Part shown: one piece after another, positions 35,293-42,824 of the stretch
How the letters are laid out: every line of letters begins with the position of its first letter
Position numbering within the stretch: the stretch's first letter is position 1
Origin: Nitrososphaera sp.
GTDB lineage: Archaea > Thermoproteota > Nitrososphaeria > Nitrososphaerales > Nitrososphaeraceae
DNA length: 64,000 nucleotides
Direction of reading: 5' to 3'
Assembly (NCBI RefSeq): GCF_013388945.1
Contig: NZ_JACAEH010000012.1
Span: forward strand, 5,303 to 69,302
The notes under the pieces: generated by a model
Databases searched by the model: none
What the model saw: the letters and a program-made list of their open reading frames with translations, nothing else
What the model was told of the DNA's origin: nothing
Made by a program: the position numbers and the translations under genes

Positions 35293-35609
35293 AGCGCAGA
35301 AAGCCAGACAGAAAGGCAAGGCCGGCAAACGAGGTAACAGAGCAGGAAGTCGACGAGTTTCTTGCGGCCATCAGAAATTTTGAAGGCTACCCGCGCCTTC
35401 GGGACCTCGGCAGGCTGCTGCCGTCAATGAACACTTACAAGATAACCGTGATCCTGCGCTTTCTGGAGCGCTCAAAGGCGATAATCGTGGACAACGACGG
35501 CTACATAACGTGGGTCCGAAAGGACAAACCTGACGATCTGACCCTTGGCGACGTGGCTGACATGAGCAAAGAGCTCAGGGAATTCCTCGCAAAGGACGAC
35601 GAAAATTAG
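35289..35609 (+). CDS. Small winged-helix-like protein with basic N-terminus
   Basis: ATGA overlap with the upstream ORF. KRRKPDRKARP tail, then a wHTH-like segment (YKITVILRFLERSKAIIVDNDGYITW). Confidence 0.6.
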   Translation: MKRRKPDRKARPANEVTEQEVDEFLAAIRNFEGYPRLRDLGRLLPSMNTYKITVILRFLERSKAIIVDNDGYITWVRKDKPDDLTLGDVADMSKELREFLAKDDEN

Positions 35610-35640
35610 TTTTTATGTTGGAGCGGGAGCTGCCTTTCAG

Positions 35641-36321
35641 ATGAGAGGCGGGGCCATAACGTCCGACCAGATGTACAGGATTGAGGAAAACGGCCACACG
35701 GCAATAGGCATGAAGCGCTTTTTGATGATGGAAAACGCCGGCCACGGCATTTCAGATTTTGTGGCAGCCAAGTTCAAGAGCCTGAAAGGAAAAAAAGTGG
35801 TGGCCGTTTGCGGCACCGGCAACAACGGGGGCGACGGCCTGGTTGCTGTTCGCCATCTTGCAGGTTACGGCGCAAAGACTTCTGTCATCCTGCTTGGCAG
35901 CCCTTCCGACGTCAAGAGCGAGGAAGCCCGGCTCAACTGGGGCATAGTCGAAAAGATGGACAGCATCGAGATAATATTCGGAAAAGAGGTGAGCGACGCG
36001 GTGCGCAGGAAAATCCTCTCTGCAGACGTCATACTTGACGGCATATTTGGCACAGGCATAAAGCGCGACATCTCTGACCCGCACGCGTCTGCGATAGACG
36101 CCATAAACAGGTCCAAGGCGTACGTGCTTGCAATCGACGTCCCGTCGGGCCTTGACCCCAACACCGGCTCCATCCACGACAGGGCGGTAAGGGCGGACGC
36201 GACTATAACATTTCACAGGATGAAAAAAGGGCTGGCGACAAAAGCCGCAAGGAAATTCACGGGCCCTGTCCACGTCGAGCGGATAGGAATACCGCCGGAG
36301 GCAGAGAGGGGAGTGCTTTGA
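35641..36321 (+). CDS. nnrE: NAD(P)H-hydrate epimerase (YjeF N-terminal domain)
   Basis: VAVCGTGNNGGDGLVAVRHL and DGIFGTG motifs. Confidence 0.85.
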   Translation: MRGGAITSDQMYRIEENGHTAIGMKRFLMMENAGHGISDFVAAKFKSLKGKKVVAVCGTGNNGGDGLVAVRHLAGYGAKTSVILLGSPSDVKSEEARLNWGIVEKMDSIEIIFGKEVSDAVRRKILSADVILDGIFGTGIKRDISDPHASAIDAINRSKAYVLAIDVPSGLDPNTGSIHDRAVRADATITFHRMKKGLATKAARKFTGPVHVERIGIPPEAERGVL

Positions 36322-36938
36322 AGATATTACAGATTCCAGTGGGCCAGATGTCAAACTTTACCTACATAGTTGCAGACGAGGAGACAGATGAGGCCGCGGT
36401 TATCGACCCGTCGTGGGACCTTGAAGAGATATTTGACGCACTCAAGAAAAACGGCTGGAAGGCAAAGTACGTTATCAACACGCACTCGCACTTTGACCAC
36501 GTTCTTGGAAACGAGCAGGTCGCGAAAGTAACAGGCGCCAAGATAGTCCAGCACGAGGCGTCGCAGCTTGAAAACCACATCACGGTCAAAGACGGCGACG
36601 TGATAACCGTCGGGAGCATCAAGCTCCGCGTCGTGCACACGCCGGGACACTCCAAGGACAGCATGTGCCTGGTGCTCGACGGCCAGCTTGTTTTCACCGG
36701 CGACACGCTGTTTGTGGGCAACTGCGGCAGGGTCGACCTGCCGGGAAGCGACCCCAAAGAGATGTACAAAAGCCTCTTTGAAAAGGTGGGAAGGCTGGAC
36801 GAGAAACTCGTTGTTTACCCGGGCCATGATTATGGTTCTACGGCCACGTCGACCATAGGGCACGAGAAAAAGTTCAACTACGTCCTTCAGCACAAGACAG
36901 AGCGCGAGTTCCTGGAATTCATGGGCCACGGTGACTGA
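36318..36938 (+). CDS. MBL-fold metallo-hydrolase (glyoxalase II-like)
   Basis: HSHFDH motif, HTPGHS, and a downstream D and H. Confidence 0.85.
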   Translation: MKILQIPVGQMSNFTYIVADEETDEAAVIDPSWDLEEIFDALKKNGWKAKYVINTHSHFDHVLGNEQVAKVTGAKIVQHEASQLENHITVKDGDVITVGSIKLRVVHTPGHSKDSMCLVLDGQLVFTGDTLFVGNCGRVDLPGSDPKEMYKSLFEKVGRLDEKLVVYPGHDYGSTATSTIGHEKKFNYVLQHKTEREFLEFMGHGD

Positions 36939-36941
36939 CGC

Positions 36942-38030
36942 TTGTACCCGGACATTTCAGGAAGCAGGCAGGCCCTTGCCAGATTTTCGTCGTCAAGGCC
37001 GGCGTTTGCGTGCGTCATATCGCACACCGCAACAAGCGAAATCCCGGGCCTGACAGTCGCCGGCGCAAACCCAGAGCTTGTAAAGCTCACGTCGCCGGCA
37101 GACGCAGAATTCTTGCACTATGGCAGCTGCAGGTGCATACCCGGCGTGCCTGCAACACCTGACGGCAAGCCGACGCCGGCTGTGATAACCCGCGCCGCGC
37201 TTGCACTTGCAGAAATCCCGCTTTTGGTAGTAGAGGCAGGCACAAAGGTCAAGCCGGCCATCCCGGCAGTCTCGTTTGGCCTCATCCCGGGCGGCAACAT
37301 CTCGACAGAGGACGCCATGAGCGCAGGCGACGTGCACAGGGCAATAGACTACGGCCAGGTGCTTGGATTGCAACTCGCAAAGGCGTCAGACCTCGTAGTG
37401 ATAGGCGAGAGCATCCCCGGCGGCACGACGACCGCGCTTGCCGTGCTGACTGCTATCGGAATCGACGCCAGGGGAAAGGTGAGCAGCAGCATGCCCGACA
37501 ACCCGCACGCGCTGAAAAACAAGGTGGTGGCGCAGGCCATCTCCCGCTCAAAGCCCAAAAAGGGAATAGGCGCGCTTGCGGCAGTCGCGCTGGTCGGCGA
37601 CCCTATGATGCCGTCAGTCGCAGGCATCGCAGCCGGCGCAGTCATGGCCGGCGCAAAGGTGATGCTTGCAGGCGGCACGCAGATGGCCCCGGTGCTTGCC
37701 GTATTAAAGTCGCTTGAGGTGCCGTTGAAAAACGTGTGCGTCGGAACAACCAAATATGTTGCCGGCGACCAGTCGGCAGACCTTGCAGGGCTTGTAAGGG
37801 CTGTTGCGCCCGGCGTGCCGATACTTTCGTGCGACCTGCATTTTGAAGAATCAAAAAAGCCGGGCCTCAGGGCGTTTGCCCAGGGGTTCGTGAAAGAAGG
37901 AGTAGGAGCAGGCGGCTCGTCGATAGCTGCCATGATAAAGTCGAGGGGCAGGATAACTGGCAAAAAGCTCCTTTCTGCAATAGAAAAAGAGTACGCGTCG
38001 TCGATAGAGCGCGCCCCTAGCCGAACCTGA
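36942..38030 (+). CDS. cobT: Archaeal-type nicotinate-nucleotide--dimethylbenzimidazole phosphoribosyltransferase (CobT, UPF0284)
   Basis: ISHTATSEIPGLTVAGANPE..., SPADAE and GESIPGGTTTA motifs. Confidence 0.8.
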   Translation: MYPDISGSRQALARFSSSRPAFACVISHTATSEIPGLTVAGANPELVKLTSPADAEFLHYGSCRCIPGVPATPDGKPTPAVITRAALALAEIPLLVVEAGTKVKPAIPAVSFGLIPGGNISTEDAMSAGDVHRAIDYGQVLGLQLAKASDLVVIGESIPGGTTTALAVLTAIGIDARGKVSSSMPDNPHALKNKVVAQAISRSKPKKGIGALAAVALVGDPMMPSVAGIAAGAVMAGAKVMLAGGTQMAPVLAVLKSLEVPLKNVCVGTTKYVAGDQSADLAGLVRAVAPGVPILSCDLHFEESKKPGLRAFAQGFVKEGVGAGGSSIAAMIKSRGRITGKKLLSAIEKEYASSIERAPSRT

Positions 38031-38352
38031 CGTTTATCTGGTCGCTTGCGCCGGCAAACATCTGCGCCATCAGTTGCTCCTCAAGCCTGTGCAGATACGT
38101 CTTCAGGCCGATGCCGGACTCAGACTCTGCCTGCTTTTGTACAGCCGACAGCAGGTGCGGCGCCATCCTGTCAGACACGGCAATGTAGAACCGCGTCTTT
38201 ATCCTGCCATCCCTCGATATTCGAAGCTCGTGCCGGATACCGGCGTCTGCCAGCTGCCTTGCCTGCGCGTCCATGTCGCCATACATCTTGAACAGGACCC
38301 CCGGCTTCAGGTCCAGCCTGTCGTCGTCCATAACAAGGTTGTATGTGGCCAA
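38017..38352 (-). CDS. Hypothetical protein
   Basis: 111-codon ORF with host-like codon usage. Confidence 0.5.
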   Translation of the reverse strand: MATYNLVMDDDRLDLKPGVLFKMYGDMDAQARQLADAGIRHELRISRDGRIKTRFYIAVSDRMAPHLLSAVQKQAESESGIGLKTYLHRLEEQLMAQMFAGASDQINVRFG

Positions 38353-38405
38353 TCAATTCACCGGCCATGCCTGTCAGGATTGCGTAAAAAACCGGTCAAA
38401 GAGCT

Positions 38406-39020
38406 CTATTTTACTTGCCGGCCAACGGCCGCAACCCTGCGCGAAACGTACGTGCTTGAGGGGTCGGCAAACCGCCAGGGCCTATCTGCTGCTTTGGTTA
38501 TCCCGACCCGCGTCGTGGCCATTGCCTCCCGCGGCACGCCCTTTTCTATCCGCAGTTCCGATCCGCGGTCAGTCATGTCCGCCCCGTTCTGGGCGCGCGT
38601 TATGCCAAGTGCCTGCGTTAGCCTGCCCGGGCCGGATGAAAGCAGACGCATGTCGTCGACTCTGCGCAGCTTTTTCATGATGTCGATTCCTTCCACAGGC
38701 TCTATGCCGCGTATCAGGACTGCGCCTGCTGGCGCGTCGGGCGACCTCGCAGAGACGTTGACGCAAAAGTGGTTGCCGTAGGTAAAGTAGACGTATGCCC
38801 TGCCGACCGGCCCGAACATGACGGCGTTTCTTTCAGTCATTCCCCGGCACGCGTGGCTTGCCTCGTCGTCGGCGTGGCCGTACGCTTCTGTCTCTACTAT
38901 AACGCCGGCAAGCCTGTGCTTTTTGTTGCCAAGTGAAATGGTGCGCGCAAGGACCATCCCTACAAGGTCGCGCGCCACTTCCTCCGTCCTCCTCTGGTAA
39001 AACGAGCCGGGCAGCATCAC
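38406..39020 (-). CDS. mpg: DNA-3-methyladenine glycosylase (Mpg/AAG family)
   Basis: ARDLVG, IVETEAY, DEASHA and GRAYVYFTYGNHFCVNV motifs. Confidence 0.85.
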   Translation of the reverse strand: MMLPGSFYQRRTEEVARDLVGMVLARTISLGNKKHRLAGVIVETEAYGHADDEASHACRGMTERNAVMFGPVGRAYVYFTYGNHFCVNVSARSPDAPAGAVLIRGIEPVEGIDIMKKLRRVDDMRLLSSGPGRLTQALGITRAQNGADMTDRGSELRIEKGVPREAMATTRVGITKAADRPWRFADPSSTYVSRRVAAVGRQVK

Positions 39021-39610
39021 ATAAAATCCTCCAGCGAAGCGCCGCCTCCTTCCACTTTTTGCACTTCCTTTGCCAGCTTTTTCAGGTCCGCCTCGAGGAG
39101 CGAGAGCATGCTCTTGTTGTATATCGCAGCCGCGGGATGGATGGTGAGGAAATATTTCTGGCCCGCCTTTTCGATGACCTTGCCCCTGTTTGCAGTTATC
39201 GAGCTCCCGCCAAGAAGCGACGAGTAGGCGGTCCTGCCAAGTATGCAGATTATACGCGGCCTTATCAGCGCTATCTGTCTGTCAAGGTAGGGCATGCAGG
39301 CAGCAACCTCGTCGTCTTCAGGCACCCGGTTGTTTGGCGGCCTGCACTTCACGACGTTTGTTATGAACACCTGCGAGCGCTGTATGCCGGCCTTTGCAAG
39401 CATCTCGTCCAATATTTTGCCGGCCGCGCCGACAAAAGGCCGGCCCTTGTCGTCCTCGCTTCTCCCGGGCGCCTCGCCGACAAACATTATTTTGGCTGCA
39501 AGCTGACCCTCACCGGGCACCGCGTTTTTTCTTGTCCTTGCAAGCTTGCAGAGCGGGCAGCCTACGACTTCGGCGGATATCTTTTCAAGCGAGTCCGGCG
39601 CCTTTGCCAC
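39017..39610 (-). CDS. udg: Uracil-DNA glycosylase family 4
   Basis: CPLCKL...PGEG....IMFVGEAPG..ED..GRPFVG.AG motif set. 4-nt overlap with mpg. Confidence 0.9.
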   Translation of the reverse strand: MAKAPDSLEKISAEVVGCPLCKLARTRKNAVPGEGQLAAKIMFVGEAPGRSEDDKGRPFVGAAGKILDEMLAKAGIQRSQVFITNVVKCRPPNNRVPEDDEVAACMPYLDRQIALIRPRIICILGRTAYSSLLGGSSITANRGKVIEKAGQKYFLTIHPAAAIYNKSMLSLLEADLKKLAKEVQKVEGGGASLEDFM

Positions 39611-39653
39611 AAGTGTGCAAAGCCGCGGGGATTTTTAACGGTATTGTAAAAAG

Positions 39654-39774
39654 CGCTGAGGGTGGGACTCGAACCCACGAGTCCCGAAGGACATCAGCTA
39701 GCACGTCTGCGTTAGATCTCGAGGCTGACCCCGTTCAGGGTCTAGGACGACTTACCTAGCTTGGGTACCTCAGC
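39654..39774 (-). tRNA. Class II tRNA, probably tRNA-Ser(CGA), with two introns (D-arm and anticodon loop)
   Basis: The reverse complement folds as follows: acceptor GCTGAGG/CCTCAGC, U8A9, anticodon stem TCAGC/GCTGA. The stem encloses 25 nt (CTCGAG + 18-nt intron + A). Long variable arm GTCC-TTCG-GGAC, T-arm GTGGG-TTCGAGT-CCCAC. The D-region is 37 nt, about 19 nt too long, with a CTAGG/CCTAG helix. Confidence 0.6.
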
Positions 39775-39789
39775 ATCAAGTCTGCTTAG

Positions 39790-40293
39790 GTGTTGCAATT
39801 TATGCCTTTGTTGCAGGCTCAAAAATTATATAATCAAGGCCTCAAGAGCAATACCGTGCTTGCGACATCCACCAGGCCGCCGACAGTCGAGGAAGTAAAG
39901 AAACTGACGATAACAGACCTTGCCATAGCTTCGGGCCTTGCCGACTCGCTCAGGGACCGCCTGCGCGAGTTTGTCCAGATTGATCCGTTCACGCAGGGAG
40001 TCGCAGACCCGTTTGGCGAAAAGGACGACTGCACGTATTCCGTGGTCCTTGACAGGGAGAACCCAAACCGCGTGGTGGCAATAATCGTCAACAAGAAGGA
40101 CTCGATGCCGCAGCTTCCGTGGTCTGCTATACTTGGCGAGAGGCTTGCAAAAGTGTCGATGGAAAAATCAGACGCAAGGGAGCTAAAGCACGAGCTTGCT
40201 CCAAAAGAGTGGGGCAACTTTTACCCGTACAGGCGCGCCGGAAAGGTTGCAGGCTACTTTATGTTCGCGTTCCAGATCTGTGGGCAGCGCTGA
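39790..40293 (+). CDS. Hypothetical protein
   Basis: 167-codon ORF, no motif recognised. Confidence 0.5.
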   Translation: MLQFMPLLQAQKLYNQGLKSNTVLATSTRPPTVEEVKKLTITDLAIASGLADSLRDRLREFVQIDPFTQGVADPFGEKDDCTYSVVLDRENPNRVVAIIVNKKDSMPQLPWSAILGERLAKVSMEKSDARELKHELAPKEWGNFYPYRRAGKVAGYFMFAFQICGQR

Positions 40294-40621
40294 GCTCGTC
40301 CTTCATTTCCACGACTGAAATCTTGTGGAACTGCCAGACCATTTCTTCAAGCGACTCCCTCACGTCGTCCTCGTCGCCGGATGAAATGCGCATGACTTCA
40401 AGCAAAAGGTCGTCAAAAGTTATGCCGTTGCAGAGATGCCAAAGAGAAATTGCGGTGTCGTTGACGCGGTAGGCCTCACCCCTGTAGTTTATCAGAAGAG
40501 GGGTCCCGTCCCTGTCGTTTCCGACCTCGCCCCTCCTGACTATAATCTTGTTTTCTATTTTCCTCAGCAGCATCGCGGCGTCATCGTCAGCTCCACCTAG
40601 GATGTTCTGCTTATTATCCAT
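40259..40621 (-). CDS. PqqD-like (RiPP recognition element-like) stand-alone protein
   Basis: AYRVNDTAISLWHLCNGITFDDLLLEVMRI...DVRESLEEMVWQF matches the PqqD-family pattern (LN.ta..iW.l.dG..t..el...l). Confidence 0.6.
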   Translation of the reverse strand: MDNKQNILGGADDDAAMLLRKIENKIIVRRGEVGNDRDGTPLLINYRGEAYRVNDTAISLWHLCNGITFDDLLLEVMRISSGDEDDVRESLEEMVWQFHKISVVEMKDELSAAHRSGTRT

Positions 40622-40666
40622 TTGGTTTGCAATGTTAAAATATCAAAGTGAACAAAAATTGTTGCA

Positions 40667-41071
40667 GTGTTCAAGAAGAAAGGCGAGAGGCCGAAGCGGC
40701 GCATAGTAATCACGCGCGAGGCAGCCGACGGCATCATCAGTTTTGCCAAGACGTGGCACCCAAACGAGGCCATCTTGATTTTGCAGGGGAAAAAGAAGGA
40801 CAACGTCGTGACCATCGACGGTCTTGTAATCCCGCCTTTTTCTGCAAACGGGCCGTTTTACTCGGGCTTTTCGCTCTACGACCTCCCACTGGACGGCGCA
40901 TACATCGGCACGGCGCATTCCCACCCCGGCGCGTCCAACAGGCCGTCGCTTGAGGACCTGAACCACTTTTTCGGCCTAGTCTCTGTCATAATCAGCTTTC
41001 CCTACGAGGACGAGACTATAGGCGCCTGGGACAGGGAAGGCAACAAACTTGAAGTCACAATAGAAACCTGA
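40667..41071 (+). CDS. JAB/MPN (JAMM) metalloprotease domain protein
   Basis: JAMM motif HSHPGASNRPSLEDL (HxHx7Sx2D) with an upstream Glu (PNEAI). Confidence 0.8.
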   Translation: MFKKKGERPKRRIVITREAADGIISFAKTWHPNEAILILQGKKKDNVVTIDGLVIPPFSANGPFYSGFSLYDLPLDGAYIGTAHSHPGASNRPSLEDLNHFFGLVSVIISFPYEDETIGAWDREGNKLEVTIET

Positions 41072-41287
41072 TCATTTCCTGCGCCGGCCAAAGTCCATTT
41101 CAAGGCCGCGCTTGTCGTCAAATCCAAGCGTGAACGACTCGTCGGGCATGATGGGAAAGCTTGACAGCGACGCGCCCGTGCAGATTAGGCACCTGTCCTT
41201 GACCTTTGTCTTGTCAAGGAACGTCGCGCACCAGTGGCACGACTCGCAGAGCAGAAATATCGAAGGCTGAGCCTGCGCCCTGAGCAC
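41072..41287 (-). CDS. Small zinc-finger protein, FLLCxSCxWCA family (paralog of 50866..51123)
   Basis: IFLLCESCHWCATFL...RCLICTG... aligns with VFFLLCNSCYWCASGM...NCPACN. Both share a C-terminal G..(M/L)DF(G/R)R. Confidence 0.55.
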   Translation of the reverse strand: MLRAQAQPSIFLLCESCHWCATFLDKTKVKDRCLICTGASLSSFPIMPDESFTLGFDDKRGLEMDFGRRRK

Positions 41288-41376
41288 GCGGCAGGTAGCA
41301 CACCCGCGCTTTTAAGCTCTTTCCGGAACCGGGTTGGAAAACTTAATAAAAGAAACTTGACAAGTAAACACAACAA

Positions 41377-41688
41377 ATGAACTGGATGGCCCAGTCAATG
41401 ATGTGGATAATGGTCTCGCTTGCGATAAGCATAGCGCTGAACTTCCTGCTCTGGCCATACCTCGGCTTCTTCACGCTCATTCCCATAATAGCCGTGTTCC
41501 TCGGAATCTCGTACATCGTCCGCCGGCGCGCGATGGCCCGGATGGGCATGGGAGGGCAGGGAGGCGGGTTTGGTGGCATGCTGGGCGGAGGCAGCGGCAT
41601 CAGCTACGTGTGCATCGCTTGCGGCCACAAGTTCAAGGGCGGCGCCTGCCCCAGGTGCGGCTCAAAGATGAGGCGCGCCGACTTTTAG
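41377..41688 (+). CDS. Membrane protein: 2 TM helices + Gly-rich linker + C-terminal zinc ribbon (paralog of 63281..63610)
   Basis: MMW..., two hydrophobic helices, RRR, GMGGQGGGFGG, then C-x2-C-x10-C-x2-C (YVCIACGHKFKGGACPRCGSKMRRADF). Confidence 0.7.
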   Translation: MNWMAQSMMWIMVSLAISIALNFLLWPYLGFFTLIPIIAVFLGISYIVRRRAMARMGMGGQGGGFGGMLGGGSGISYVCIACGHKFKGGACPRCGSKMRRADF

Positions 41689-41689
41689 C

Positions 41690-42010
41690 ATGACGCTAGA
41701 ACAGCTGCGTGAAAAGGCGTTCTTCCAGAACACCATAGACGTGTGGATAGCCTACTGCGAGGAGCAAAAGAGAGAGTGGTACGACGCAGACGCGTACCGC
41801 AGGTTCATACGGCACCTGAACTCAAAGGGAATAAAGATGCAGAAATTCCCGCTGTGCATCAAAGAGTCAGGCGGGATGTACGAGCGAGGGCGGGACAAGA
41901 CCCAGTTTCTTGAAGAATTATCAAAGATGTCGTCAGACGATGCTTCCGCGTTCACGCTGAAGCTGAGCGAGAGCGTCCTTGCCGCCATACGCTCGTTTCC
42001 TTCCGCCTGA
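41690..42010 (+). CDS. Hypothetical protein
   Basis: ATG lies 1 nt after the upstream stop. 106 codons. Confidence 0.55.
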   Translation: MTLEQLREKAFFQNTIDVWIAYCEEQKREWYDADAYRRFIRHLNSKGIKMQKFPLCIKESGGMYERGRDKTQFLEELSKMSSDDASAFTLKLSESVLAAIRSFPSA

Positions 42011-42092
42011 TACTCGGGTCTAGAAAATTAGAGCCTGTTGGCACCTATGTTTAGCAGGAACCGCTAATACCGCACGGCGCGAACACAGACAA

Positions 42093-42791
42093 GTGGCAGA
42101 GGACCTGCGCATAGAGGATGTCAAGCAGCGCGTCGAAGGCTCCACAGCAAGCGAGCCTTTGTTTGAGAGCATAGTGGGCTACGACGACGTGAAGCGACTG
42201 TTCAAGATGTCGCTTGCGTCAGAAAGGCCGGTGCACATACTCCTCGTCGGGCCACCGGCGTCTGCAAAAACGCTTTTCATGCTGGAGTGCATGAAGCTAG
42301 AGCGCTCGTTTTTCACTCTCGGAAGCCACAGTACGAAATCCGGGATGATAGACTACCTTTTCGAGAAGAGGCCCCGGTATCTGGTAGTCGACGAGATAGA
42401 GCACATGCCTGCAAAGGACCAGACCGCGCTCTTGAGCCTCATGGAGACAGGGATACTTGCAGAGACCAAGTTCCAGAAGACACGCAACACGCAGCTGAAA
42501 ACGTGGGTGTTTGCGACGAGCAACGGCACCGAGAGGATGCTGACGCCGCTTCTTTCAAGGTTCATGGTGCTCCACTTCAAGCCCTACTCCTTTGGCAGTT
42601 TTTCAGAGGTGTGCACCCACATCCTTGGCAGGGACGGCGTTTCAGCCGAAGTTGCAGGGGCAATAGCGGACGCGGTGTGGAACAGATTGAAGTCGAGGGA
42701 CATCCGCGACTGCATAAAGCTCGGCAGGCTTGCAAAGAGCAAGGAGGACGTCGGCTGGATAGCCCAGACGCTCCGCAACTACCGGCAGTAA
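42093..42791 (+). CDS. Compact AAA+ ATPase
   Basis: Walker A GPPASAKT, Walker B LVVDEIEH, sensor/arginine region PLLSRF. Only 232 aa. Confidence 0.75.
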   Translation: MAEDLRIEDVKQRVEGSTASEPLFESIVGYDDVKRLFKMSLASERPVHILLVGPPASAKTLFMLECMKLERSFFTLGSHSTKSGMIDYLFEKRPRYLVVDEIEHMPAKDQTALLSLMETGILAETKFQKTRNTQLKTWVFATSNGTERMLTPLLSRFMVLHFKPYSFGSFSEVCTHILGRDGVSAEVAGAIADAVWNRLKSRDIRDCIKLGRLAKSKEDVGWIAQTLRNYRQ

Positions 42792-42824
42792 ACATATTAG
42801 ATTTGCTTTTTCCAAGTACTGCGT

